Assembly: GCA_038087875.1 (NCBI GenBank)
Contig: CM075982.1
Location: 18,104,001 to 18,168,000, forward strand
Length of the DNA: 64,000 nucleotides
Direction of reading: 5' to 3'
Source: Malacoraja senta
Taxonomy: Eukaryota
This document shows, piece by piece, positions 27,021 through 38,701 of the stretch. The position numbers were made by a program, and so were the translations under genes. Position 1 is the first letter of the stretch. Each line of letters begins with the position of its first letter. The notes under the pieces were generated by a model that worked only from the letters and a program-made list of their open reading frames with translations, ran no database searches and was not told where the DNA came from.

Positions 27021-27050
27021 CTTCTTCCTGATCCAGCTTTCCTCTTTTTG
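27021..27050 (-). CDS. SRRM3: SRRM3 30-nt exon (~exon 6), phase 2-2: KKRKAGSGRS
   Basis: aattgccag|CAAAAAGAGGAAAGCTGGATCAGGAAGAAG|gtaaag. In frame with both neighbours and the same length as the human KKRRLESECS exon as I recall it. Confidence 0.85.
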
Positions 27051-27642
27051 CTGGCAATTATCAATGTGAGAATGCAGTGAAACAGATGAGCAAGAGTGAT
27101 TGGTAAAGAGAGGAAGCCAAGCTTCAGTCTGTAAACCACTCAAAGCACAAGAAACCATCAGGTTATTAAAACAGAAAATGTGCTGTGTCATATTGTAAAT
27201 TGTGGGACAAATATCCCCATAGATAAGCAGCAAGCAGCATCCATAAAGCTCATGGGAATATCAATTGCTTGGTATTAATGCAGAGGAGAGTGTTTCAGGA
27301 CTGCACTGCAAACAATTTTAAGAAGGTTTTGTCTGTAATAAATCTAGTGAGGATATTGGTTGTACTGAAATTTGCAGTGAATGCAGAACAGGATTGAATC
27401 TAAACAAAAAGCTGGACTGTTTGCCATGTTTTTACATTTGAACTGCGAAAATAACCCCATATTAGCATTATTAGTGGGGTAAGCCATTTATGATTACTTC
27501 CTACTTTGATATAATGGAAATAAATGAAAGGGCATCATGTAACAGATCTTAAAAATGTAAGAATTATCTGTCATAATTTCAGACCAGAGTGATCTTCCAA
27601 AACCATACTGAACCAATGGTACAAAGGCATTCTACAACCTTT

Positions 27643-27930
27643 AGTTTTAGTTTGGTTTAGAGATACAGCGTGGAAACAGGCCTTTTGGCACACTGAGTCC
27701 ACACCAATCAATGATCACCTGTTTAGTGGTTCTATCATAGAAACTAGGACAATTTACAGAAGCCAATTAACTTACAAACCTGCATGTCTTTGGAATGTGG
27801 GAGGAAACCAGAGTAGCCGGAAAAAGCCCATGCATACTCCGTACAAACAGCAAGATTGAACCCAGGTTTAGATTGAACCCAGGTCTCTGCCGCTGTAAGG
27901 CAGCAACTCTACCCCTGTGCCAGTGTGCCA
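27643..27930 (-). mobile_element. tRNA-derived HE1-type V-SINE
   Basis: Reverse strand: ggcacactggcacaggggtagagttgctgccttacagcggcagagacctgggttcaat (A/B boxes), V-domain ggtttcctcccacattccaaagacatgcagg, and a ctaaac tail. Confidence 0.85.
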
Positions 27931-28179
27931 GCCTTTCCTTATTTTATAAAGTTATTGAGCAAATCAGTTAACATTGACAAATGAATTATTTAAAATTGGG
28001 TGGATTTATGTACATTTTACTGTTTTCTAGGGATGGTATTTCACCTGCTGAACATTGCAAAAACAGATTACGTTTTCAAATGTCATCATTTGAATCAGAA
28101 GCATTGTGAAACTCCCGATGATCTGATAAAGTGCAGCATTATGCATGCATCATCCCAGAATTAAGTAGGGGCAATTATA

Positions 28180-28975
28180 CAAGAATGGGAAGCTGAGGTT
28201 TCTTAGGTTCATGATTTGCAAGAAAGCAAATGAGATGATGGTGGAAAGGGTGATAATGAATATGTGGAGAACAAAATAAGAATCCAGGAGAAGTGGATGT
28301 AGGGATTAACAGAATCAGTATCTGAAATTGCATGGCTAGTCTGATGGGCTTTCCCATGGGCTGCCACTGTAATGTGCCTAGCTGGAAGATGCAGTGCTGT
28401 AGCTCAAACTTACCTTTAGCATTATACAGTGCTGAGGATAGGAAGTCACAGCAGAATTTTGGTGGAGGAGTACAATGCCAGATGACGAGAAATTTGGGGA
28501 CATGCTTGCTAACTGAACTGAACAGTGGTCTGCAAAGTGATTTGGGGATTTTCTCTCCCAAAAGGAGAGAAGATGGCACCATGAGTAACAAACGCAACAT
28601 GCTAACTGAAAGAAATACAAGAAAGTCATTGTTTAATTTGCAAAATACAAGAGGAAGGGGCCTGAAAATGGGAAGGAAGAACAGGCAGCAACTGAGTCTC
28701 CAGCAGTGACACAAGATGGTGTTCTGGTATGATGAAGCCTATTGGTGAGGTTAAGGAATGATCAGGATACTCCAAAGAAAAAGGCCCCTTTGTAATGTTG
28801 ATAGAGGAGGGCTTGGGGGGATGAAAGGGGTGATGTGCTTGGTGACAGTAAGATCCTGGTAAATAAAGAAATGTCAGAGGTTATACGTGGAGATTGGTGT
28901 TTTCAAGGGAAAACCTATTTAAGTTGTAAAAAGGTGTGAGGGAATGGATCACAGTCCTGTCATCTTTGATGGAAG
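28180..28975 (-). mobile_element. Highly degenerate Penelope endonuclease remnant
   Basis: ORF 28175..28714(-) contains KFELQHCIFQLGTLQ, similar to the PLE motif LEEQHLIFRLGTLQP. Confidence 0.55.
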
Positions 28976-29950
28976 AGTCTGATTTATACTGTATGGAAAC
29001 AGGCCCTGCATCCAACTCATGCTGACAAGATGCCTACCACAGCTAGTTCCATTTGCCTGCATTCGGCCCAAATCCTGCTAAATCTTTCCTGTCTGTCTAC
29101 CTGCCAAAATGTCTTTTAAACATCGTAATTGTACCTGCTTCTACACTTCCTCTTGCAGTTCATTTCGTACATCCATCATTCCCTCAGCTTGTCCCTCCGG
29201 ATCTCTTTAAATCTTCCTCCTCGCTCTCCAGTTTTAGATCAATTTTCTGGGCAAAAGATTGTGACATTCACCTTATCTATGCCCCTAATGATTTTATATA
29301 CCTCCAAGGTTACCCCTCAGCCTCCTCCAAGTGATCCTGTCCTGGCAACATCTTTGTAATTTTTTTTAGACTCTTTCTAACTTAATGAGATCCTTCCTAG
29401 AGTTAGATGACTAGAATGGCACATTGTATAGCTGCAACATGACATTCTAACGCTTGCAGTCAATGCCTTGACCAATGAAGGTATGTGTGCCCGTCACTGT
29501 TCTGTGTTCCCGATCTCAAGGAACTATGTACTTGCAACCCGAGGTCTCTTTGTTCTACAGCATATTCCATGGTCCTGACATTAAACGTGCGAATCCTGCC
29601 TTGGGTTAACCTCCCAAAATGTAACACACTTCGCACTTATCCACGTTAAATTTCATCTGCCATTCCTTGGGCCACATTCACAGTTGATCTAGATCCTGAT
29701 GTAATTTATAAATTATAAATTTCCATCAAGTCTCCCATCAGGCTCCAACATTCCAGTGAAAACAATGCAAATTTGCCCAACTTCTCCATATAATTAATAT
29801 TCTCTAATTCAGGCAGCATCCTGGTAAACTTCTTCTGCACCCTCGACCAAAGCCTGCACTTCCTTCTTATAAAGAAGCAACCACAACTGTATAGTACTCC
29901 AAATGTAGTCTAACTAAACTTTTATAACACTGCAACATGACTTCCTGATC
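28975..29950 (-). mobile_element. CR1 fragments
   Basis: Reverse CR1 3' UTR (ggaaacaggccc...cctgcattcggccc) and RT C-terminus (cccaaaatgtaacac...aaatttcatctgccatt). Confidence 0.8.
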
Positions 29951-29994
29951 TGATACATTTTTTCAGCCGTCTCTGTTTTTATTTAACAAAATTA

Positions 29995-30406
29995 TACTCT
30001 GGAATTTAGAAGGATGAGAGGGTATCTTATTGAAACATATAAGATAATTAAGGGATTGGACACGCTAGAGGCAGGAAACATGTTCCCGATGTTGGAGGAG
30101 TCCATAACCAGGGGCCACAGTCTAAGAATAAGGGGTAGGCTATTTAGAACAGTGATGAGGAAAAACGTTACCCAGAGAGTGGTGAATCTGTGGAATTCTC
30201 TGCCTCAGAAGGCTGTGGAGGCTAATTCTCTGGATGCTTTCAAGAGAGAGTTAGATAGAGCTCTTAAAGATAGCGGAGTCAGGAGATATGGTGAAAAGGC
30301 AGGAACGGGGTACTGAATGTGGATGATCAGCCATGATCACAGTGAATGGCGGTGCTGGCTCGAAGGGCCGAATGGCCTACTCCTGCACCTATTGTCTATT
30401 GTCTAT
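29995..30406 (+). mobile_element. Young CR1 3' end
   Basis: MRGYLIETYKIIKGLD...TRGHSLRIRG...VVNLWNSLPQKAVEA and an attgtct tail. Confidence 0.92.
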
Positions 30407-31394
30407 AATTGCAAAGGCTGGGTTCCTTTAGCTCTTGCCTGCCTGACTGCATTTAAACCCTCACGTCCCTGATCACTAAGCAGACCAATATAATCTATAG
30501 GAGGGGTGTTATTAGGTTTGAATGCACTCCTGGACCAAAGTATCTGTCAAACTCCCTCCTCAATAGCCTGCAAGGTCTGCGAAACCTCTGATTTGTTGCT
30601 CCTAATGATACACATATTTTTAACACATCTAGTTTTCCAGGATGGCGATTACAGAACTATACTAAAGCCTCTTAAAAGGTTGATTAATTTGCGTGCACAA
30701 AAGTGGCTTGTAATTCAATGAAATACAATTGGGCACTGTAGCTTTAGGGTAATCTGTTTAAAATTTAAAAAGAGTTGATAACATCGATATAATAAAGGCA
30801 TTTCCTCTTTTGTAGAATCAAGAATGATTCTTAGATCATTTGGGATCAAAATCAAGATTTTTTTTTCACCCTGGTTGTAGAAATCTAGAATCTCTTTTAT
30901 TAAAATGCTGTGAATACTTGGTCAATTGGAGCTATCAAGTCAGATTTATAAATTCCTGTTCAGTAAGCAATCAAGAAATATGGATCCAAGGTAATTGGAC
31001 CCAAGATGCAGGTCATGCATGATCCATTTTTATTTTTTAAAGTCTTTTATTTTCATAAATTGAATATCTATAAATAGTTTTTACAGATATATATGTAGTT
31101 TTATACAATATATTTATCAATGTCCAGTCACAGTAACCAAACACAAAAATCTGCAAAATACGGGGTCGGAAAAGGAACAGGTTATGTGGTCAAAACTAGT
31201 GTTGAAAGGATTATACCTGCACTTCAAGGGAGATTCCACACTTAGCAGTACTCTCTGAAGAAAGGTGACTTTTATTTCCATAAATAAAACGTTTGAATCA
31301 AATTTTCTCCCCTTGTAAATCTTTTTTCAAGAGTTAATTTATGGGATTTTTTTCATACATTTAAAGAACTATCAAATATAAGAAACTAAAAACA

Positions 31395-31610
31395 GCAGGA
31401 ACTGCAGATGTTTTTTTTTAAAGAGACACAAAGTGCTGGAGTAACTCAGCAGGTTAAGCAGCATCTCTGGAGAACATGGATAGGTGATGTTTCGGTTCTG
31501 GATGCTTCTCCAGTCTCTGAATCTGCTGAAGGGTCCTCACCTGAAACGTCCATGCTCTCCAAAGATGCTGCCCGACCCACTGAGTTACTCCAGCACTTTG
31601 TGTCCTTTCT
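31395..31610. mobile_element. Palindromic Penelope-derived mini-element
   Basis: Inverted arms gtgctggagtaactcagc ... gagttactccagcac. Confidence 0.8.
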
Positions 31611-32270
31611 TTATATAAGAAACAGAATATTTTTTGCCTGCTTTTATTGCCTGCTGTTTAATTTTCACATCTTCAAAGTCTGAAATGCAAAAGGAATTAT
31701 AGAGTCACAATTGGTCTTCGAACATTCAGCTAGTGTCAGCTGAATTGGAATCCACTGTTAGGTGTCACATAAGAAAGGATTTTGAAATAAAACAGTTAAT
31801 AATTTTGAAAACTGTGCCCCCTATGCAGTTTCATCTGCAAAACTAGGTGAGACGATGTTACCTCTTGGAACCTTACTAAAGCTTAATACAAACCTCCACC
31901 TGTCAAACATTGCATTCCATTTCAGCAAGATTTTTTGGAAATATGCACCAAAAATTCAACAAGCATCAAGAAAAAAGACAGATGGTTTCCTCTTGATGAA
32001 TGCTTTGTACATGGATTAATCATTCCAACAAGGAATAGCACTTAAAAGAGATGCTATGATGCATCTCAGTAGGTCTACTCTAGGCTCAGAACCTGAAATG
32101 ACACCTCAAAGGAACGTCATATTTTTGAAATACACAAAAAACCCCAACTTTGTTTAATTTAAGAACACAATCTACTTGTATGGTAGGTATGGACAGTTTG
32201 TTATGACTAATCGTGAAGCTTCCAATCCTTTTTATGGCACCCTTATTGTACTACACAAAAAGACATTTAC

Positions 32271-32351
32271 CGGATTTTGTAGTGCCCCGATTTCTTCTTC
32301 TTCTTCTTCTTGGGTGGTGGTGAGGGAGAACTGCTTGATTTCCTTTTCATA
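32271..32351 (-). CDS. SRRM3: SRRM3 coding exon (~exon 5), 81 nt, phase 2-2: MKRKSSSSPSPPPKKKKKKKSGHYKIR
   Basis: Acceptor ctgaag|TATG and donor ATCCG|gtaaat. Contains the SPPPKKKKKKK motif of SRRM3. Confidence 0.88.
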
Positions 32352-33227
32352 CTTCAGTGGCATTATTCGCATGAGAAAAATTATTAAGATATAAACACAA
32401 ATAAGTTACTTAATGTAGGATAAGAAATCTTTACATAGGATATACAATATATAATCAGACCATATTCTGCCTGCAGATAAGATGCACCCTCTCTTTAACT
32501 ACTCTATCATCATATTAATTCTCGATCATGGAAGACATGTCACACATGTAAACTCTCAATTAATTCATCAAGACAATATAGGTTTGTCAAAGTGATGCAC
32601 ACAGCTGTCTAGACAGTTAGGTATTGTGTCAGAGCAAAAAACACATATATTGATATACACAAGATTGGTTCCCTCCTTTTTTCATGATAAGGATCAAAAT
32701 CCCAGACAACAAAAGGTTTGTTACTGAGCAGAGACCAACTGATTCCCCACAGCAGAGGAAGGCGAATCTGCTTCAGACACATCCTATCTCTGTGTCCCCT
32801 TTAAAAATATTTTCGTGTGTGCAAATTAATAGACAAGTGCCACGGCATGTAAAGGATTCAAGCCTCATTTTTGTGCTGCATATTATACTGACCTGCGCCT
32901 TCCCAAATATTGAGCTGTGAACACTAGCAGCACAGAAACCAAGAGGAAAAGAGATGGTTTCACTTAACCTTTTGAATTCATTGTTGCCCAGCAGGAGATT
33001 TATGCTCCTGTTATTTATTCATAAAGGAAATACAAATCTGTTCTATGTTCGGAGCTTTTAATGTTTACCGGTGACCTCACCTCGAGACCCAATCTTCATG
33101 AGGGACTGTGCTTGATGAAGTGAACAAAAATTTTAAAGCTGATATCAGTAAAAGTATTGCACATCAGTAAAACTTTCAGTGACTATAAACATGACACAAA
33201 CTTCTTTGTTTCTGCATTGTGTAATTT

Positions 33228-34375
33228 TTCCATACCAGGACATCCAAGATGTCCTCCTTCTTTTGGGAATGGGGGTTCCACTCTCCCATCATAGATGACG
33301 CCCTCACTCGTGTCTCCTCGGCACCCCGCAGCTCCACCCTTGCCCCCTCCCCCGAGTCACAACAGAGACAAACTCTCCCTAGTCCTTGCCTTTCACCCCA
33401 TCAGCCATTGCATATAACATATAATCCACCAAAGTTTTCGCCACCTCCAACAGGATCCCAACACTAGTCACATCTTCCCATCTCCACCCCTTTCTGCTTT
33501 CCGCAGAGACCATTCCCTCCACAATTCCCGGGTTAACTCATCCCTTCCCACCCAAACCACCCCCTCCCCAGGTACCTTCCCCTGCAACTGCAGAAGATGC
33601 AACACCTGTCCCTATTCCTCTTCCCTCCATTCTGTCCAGGGACCCCAGCAGTCCTTTCAGGTTAGGCAGAGGTTCACTTGCACCTCCTCCAACCTCATCT
33701 ATTGTATCCGTTGTTCAAGATGTGGACTCTTATACATTGACAAGACCAAAGGTAGACTGGGCAATCGTTTCACTGAAAACCTTCGCTCAGTCTGCCTGAA
33801 CATACCTGATCTCCCGGTTGCTACACACTTTAATTCTCATTCCCATTCCTACATAGACCTTTCTGTCCTTGGTCTCCTCCATTGTCTAAATGAGGCTAAA
33901 GGCAAATTCGAGGAACAGCATTTCATATTTCGCTTGGTCAACTTCCAACCCAGTGGTATGTATATTGATTTCTCTAACTTCAGGTAGCCCCGGCATTCCC
34001 TCTCTCTATCCCTCCCCACCCAAGTCGCACTAGCTTCTCGTTTTCACCTAACACGCAGCTAACAATGGCCTGTTTCCTTTATCATCATTACCTTTTTGCA
34101 CATCTTTCATTCATTGTTCATTATCTCTCTACATCCCTTATCTCCCTTGCCCCTTACCAGTCTGAAGAAGGGTCTTGACCCAAAATGTCACCCATTCCTT
34201 CTCTCCGCCTGTCCTGCTGAGTTACTCCAGTTTTTTGTGTCTAACTGCAGATGCTGGTTTACACAAAAGGACACAAGGTGCTGGAGTAACTCAGCAGATC
34301 AACACAGAACACAGATAGGTGATGTTGTGGATCCCTTCTTCAGACTGAAGAAGGGTCCCGACCTGGAATGTCACT
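33228..34375 (+). mobile_element. Penelope-like retroelement 3' half with GIY-YIG endonuclease and terminal repeats
   Basis: SNLIYCIRCSRCGLLYIDKTKGRLGNRF...PVATHFN...EEQHFIFRL...QPSGMYIDFSNFR, followed by the same ctgaagaagggtc terminal unit found in the mini-elements. Confidence 0.92.
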
Positions 34376-34469
34376 ATTATACAATGCAGGTTAGTTATGC
34401 TATTGGGGTTGTTTATTACTCTCAGCTAATTTGTTCCTGGTATTTTCAGTATTTATCATCAAAATGGTA

Positions 34470-34625
34470 AAATGTTAAGAAACATTTAGACAGGTACATG
34501 GATAGGACAGGTTTAGAGGAATATGGGTCAAATGATGGCAGGTGGGACTAGTGTAGATGGGACATGTTGGCCGGTGTGGGCAACTTGGGCTGAAGGGCTT
34601 GTGTCAACGCTGTAAGACTGTATGA
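34470..34625 (+). mobile_element. CR1 3' end
   Basis: aagaaacatttagacaggtacatggataggacagg...gggctgaagggcttgtg. Confidence 0.8.
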
Positions 34626-35594
34626 AAAGAAATATATCCTAAACTGTAAGATATTTAAAAGAGGGACTGAGAGCACGGTTCATTAAAGGTGATGGTAGAA
34701 ATAGCCATAGAAAAGGTGAATGGGAGTCTGGGTTTTCTGTGTGGAGTGATTACATATCAAAGCAAAGTGATGAGAAAATTCTGCAAGATATTGGTTTGGC
34801 TGCTTTTGGCAGCACAACATTTTTCTTAGAGGTCCATCATAGGAGGTCCTTAGAGGTCCATCATATCAGAGCCATGTACAGGGTAGTGTAACAGTGAGAT
34901 TAATTGTATGAGGTTCTGCTATTAGACCAGCAACCGAAAGATCCTAATTGCAAGTTTCAGCATGGTAAGGCATGAAATCAACTTTTTACATAGTTGATAA
35001 TGTGTTTGTTACCCTTCATATGTTGGTTCACTATTGTTGTGTAAGAGTGAGAACCTGCCTTTCCTACTGGGCCCATCTATGTGCTCTTAGCATAGGTTAA
35101 TGGTTAAAAGAATAAAAAGGGGAATTGATGGGCATGTGTGAGGCAGGGTAAGTTTCAGGGGTACAGGAATGGGGAGTTGCTTTTCAGATACTGCCATTAT
35201 CCCTATGAGCCAAATTGGCTCTTTCCATGTTGTTTTAAGTTTAAGATAAACTAAATGTGAGAAAGTTCAGTGCTGGTCAGTGGTGCTTCACTTGGACCAC
35301 CGCTGATTGATTAGGCCTGGCTTGTGATAGCTGCAGATGGTGAAACTGTTAACTGAAGCAACATCTAAAGTGCTGCACAGTGCTTACTAAGGCAAAGTCT
35401 TGTACTTTACCAAGGACACCGTGCACCACTATCTGTAGTCTCATGACCCAGTAAATCAGGATGAGACTGGGGAATTAATAAAGAGATATAAGGAAATGGA
35501 TGGGATATAAGGACATTTGTTTTTGGTCTTTAAGGTGTCAAGTTTATGGGGATAAAGCAGGTAAGTGAAGTTGAAACCAAGATCTTATTGGGCA

Positions 35595-35825
35595 TAGAGT
35601 GCTGGAGTTGCTCAGCGTTTCAGGCAGCATCCCAGGATAGTATGTATAGGTGACGTTTCGAGTCAGGACCCTTCTTCGGACTGATCGTTGATCAAAGATC
35701 AGTCTGAAGAAGTGTCCCAACCCGAAACATCACCTATCCCTGTTCTCTTGAGACGCTGCCTGACCTACCGAGCTACTGCAGCATTCTGTCTTCTTTTGTA
35801 AACCAGCATTTGCAGTTCCTCGTTT
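35595..35825. mobile_element. Palindromic Penelope-derived mini-element
   Basis: Inverted arms around cttcttcgga...agtctgaagaag. Confidence 0.8.
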
Positions 35826-37194
35826 CTTTATCAGATCAGGCAAAATGTTATTTAATGGCCGAGCAAGCTCAAAGGCCAATGTGGCCCACTCTTCCTCCAA
35901 TTTCTTAAGTACATGTAACTATTGTCACTTAACCATGTGAATACAATTGGATGCATTGTTTGATTCATAAATTTGATGCCTGATTTTCAATACTTAAGAA
36001 GCATATTGAAAAATCTAACACTAACAGTTTGATCTATTTACGATGAGACTCAGGCTCACTTGAAACCTAAAGTACTAGCATTTGAGCAAACAAATATGTT
36101 GGAAATAAGGCAGAGTATCAGAAATAGTACGCAATGTTTGTACTCAAACTCCCACCTGTCTATTATTGTACATGTTGCTTGGGAAATTGACAGCAAAATA
36201 TACACATATTAAATAAGAAAATGCAACAAAGAAAGGAGAGCTATTGTGGGAAAAGGATTAAGACTCATGGAAGCTAGTTAATTTAGTAAGAAACAGACAA
36301 GTCTGCAATAATTAAAAAAGCAACGCTGAGCAGCGACTATCGAGCATTGCTGCCTTGTTTTTTACTCCCTGGAAGCCTACTGTTAATGTTTCAATAGCTA
36401 TTGCATTTGATTAAATAAATTAGATAGCTTTGGTACTATAAAATCTGCACACATTCCATTTGAAGAAGGTTCCAAAGTCCAACTGTACCATTTCTTACAC
36501 CTCACAACACTTAAAATGTTTCTCACACAATCGAAGCATAAAATTAAAATCCCATGATAATTGCAAGGCGGTGATGATTCACACTAAGTGAATGACTCAC
36601 AATGCCCTTCATCACCATGGAATTTATATTTATAGGCACTGAAGCTCAGTGAGACTGCAAGAATGTCTATTATGCTGTTGTAAAAAATTGACTCTAGCTG
36701 CATGTTATAATTTTACCAGTGAGTGTCCTTTAAATTTCCAGTTCGTTTTCTATCTTGAGTTATAGCCAGGGCTTGAAAAATTAAGGTTTGATTTCCATTA
36801 ACTAACTGGGAATACATACATACATAGCACAAGATCACTTTTTATATCTATCCACTGCATTTGTCATTAATGCCATGTACTGTAAAATAGACAAATTCTC
36901 AGATTTTTCCATCCCTCTCCCACAGATGTAAATTCATCCATTATCAATGCCTAATCTGCTACTCTGTCCCTAACAATAAAAAGCACAGTACTTCTGCACC
37001 ACAGTGATGATTAAGAAGACATACATTTCACATTGATGGATTAGATTGGATAAAGGACAGTTATTTTTTTTTTACGAAGGCTTTTGAGGGATATTGGCCA
37101 AATGCAGGCAAATGGGACAAGCCCAGGGGACAAGTAAAGGCCAAAGGGCTTGTTTCCATGTCATATAGCTCTAGGACTATGTCAGTATTTATTC

Positions 37195-37510
37195 ATATTT
37201 TAAATCTCTATTTTTGTATTCTTTGTAAATATTTGATTAGAGTATAAATGTAAATAATTTGGTGTACATATAGCTGCTGGTGTACATATGGTGTACATAT
37301 AGCTGCTAAATTTGTATATGATAATTATAAGCAGTTGAATAAGGGGTGGGAATTAATAAGGTTTGGCTTCTTCCTGCTCCTTTTCAGACACATACGATTT
37401 CATTTATTTATAGATATTGTTTATGACACTTTATAAATATTCTTGTTTTGTTTTTTTGTATGCTGTTTCACACTTGCTTTTAGTTCTTTTATTCTGTTTG
37501 AAATAAATAT
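37195..37510 (+). mobile_element. Probable L1/Tx1-type LINE 3' end
   Basis: AT-rich UTR with ggggtgggaattaataaggtttggcttcttcctgctcc, ending in gaaataaat. Confidence 0.45.
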
Positions 37511-38574
37511 ATATATTTTTTAAATTTAAAAAAAGGAACTTTCACATGCACTTGGAACAGATCACCCATTATCTAACTAAGTGGCAGAATGGGCTCAATG
37601 TACTGTAGTTGGTGGACACCTGAAATATTGCATATTAAATGGCTACATTTATGCAGACATCAGGACCTCTAGAGATATAAAATTTCAAATTACCAACGAG
37701 TTGTCTTTGGAGATAACAAGCAAGGTCACGGGAAGCAAGCGGATGGGAAAACTCATGACCTTGGCTTATAATCAGCATTCATCGCTGGTCATTTTTAATT
37801 CTTTAATCCATCACGTAGAGTACAAGACAGCAATAACTATTTCTCTGAGCATTCGCTGATTTTGTGGGTGCGTCATCATACCATGAAGCAGCTCGGATAG
37901 CAATCTTTGGTGAGTCCAGTAAGAAAAATGTTTGGGGTTTCACCTGCATCTTACATATTATTATATGTATCAGTGCAGAAGATGGAAGGAGGCAGCTGTG
38001 GGATGTCCATATTGGAAGTCATTGGACATTCTGTGCTCATCAGGATGTTACTACCGCAGTAAGGGCAATGTGCCATAGGTACACCAGCAAAGAATGCATG
38101 ATGATCTATAAAGCATTCTAGCCACACAACATTATGCTTCAATAGAAAGAGCATGAGGAGTATGAGGAAGATCCTTGCATTGTCATTTTGGTGCATTGAA
38201 AGAATAGCCACCAACAAAGAACATCAAATATCTTAATCTTACAAGTGCTCATATGTCTTCATTTAGGGCTTGCACATTATGCATGTAGCTATGAATGGAT
38301 GTCATTCAAATGTCATATGCAAGGAGAGAAGATATCTTCTACTATGCCTTTTGGTAGCACAGCCAGAGGATTTTATGTGCATTGCAGTCTTTCTCAAGTT
38401 AATGCATGTACAGACTACACGCATGCAGTATTACACCTAGCAGAGACCATTTTGCAACCTCTGTGGCAGAGGAGACAAAGATTGCAAAGAATGTTGCAGA
38501 AATTACAGCATTCTAGACAGAAATAAGCACCACTCCTTTTGCATTGCCTGCATCATGCACCTTTCTTTTCTTAC

Positions 38575-38701
38575 TGTGTCTGTGTCTCTGGCTTCTGTAT
38601 CCTGGACAATAACTTTGATGCTGGGCAATGCGGTTGCTGACAAAATTTCTTGTTGATTATCAACAGGTAACCCTTCTAGTTGATGAACAGTCCTTAATGA
38701 T
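38575..38701 (-). CDS. SRRM3: Candidate upstream SRRM3 exon (~exon 4); frame and 3' boundary unresolved
   Basis: gctttctgcag|ATCATT...GACACA|gtaaga gives 127 nt. One frame is open throughout (SLRTVHQLEGLPVD...). Another frame ends YCPGYRSQRHRH, reminiscent of human CPASCYRGHRGY. An alternative donor AAG|gtgcat at 38561 gives a frame-compatible 141 nt. Confidence 0.4.

Larger units (their letters stand above)
7957..38701 (-). other. SRRM3: Partial SRRM3 gene span (middle coding exons; both gene ends probably outside the window)
   Basis: Spliced exons give ...MKRKSSSSPSPPPKKKKKKKSGHYKIR|KKRKAGSGRS|CESSSSSRKERKKKSGKKHKRDR|[SDSGSRKKRKHR]|STSPKTKRKDRSKQRRR|SPSESPPRKTHKARSCCSSRS...|SHSPSSERR...TPRENGHKG...SQD. 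This is collinear with recalled human SRRM3 (SSSSASPPPKKKKKKKGGHRRSR|KKRRLESECS|CGSSSPLRKKKKSVKKHRRDR|SDSGSRRKR.HR|SRSSKCKRKEKNKEKKR). The 30-nt KKR exon favours SRRM3 over SRRM2. Confidence 0.88.

Noticed and set aside
27855-27930. tRNA gene
   Set aside because: The A/B boxes belong to the head of an HE1-type SINE; the same applies at 48220-48280 and 57870-57935.
33081-33110. Possible 25- or 30-nt microexon with donor GAG|gtgagg
   Set aside because: Splice-like signals only; the peptide (PHEDWVS) matches nothing I recall in SRRM3. It needs RNA-seq support.
37261-37308. Short direct repeats ggtgtacatat(agctgct)
   Set aside because: This is a local slippage duplication inside a LINE tail; similar trivial duplications occur at 34826-34864 and 18352-18398.
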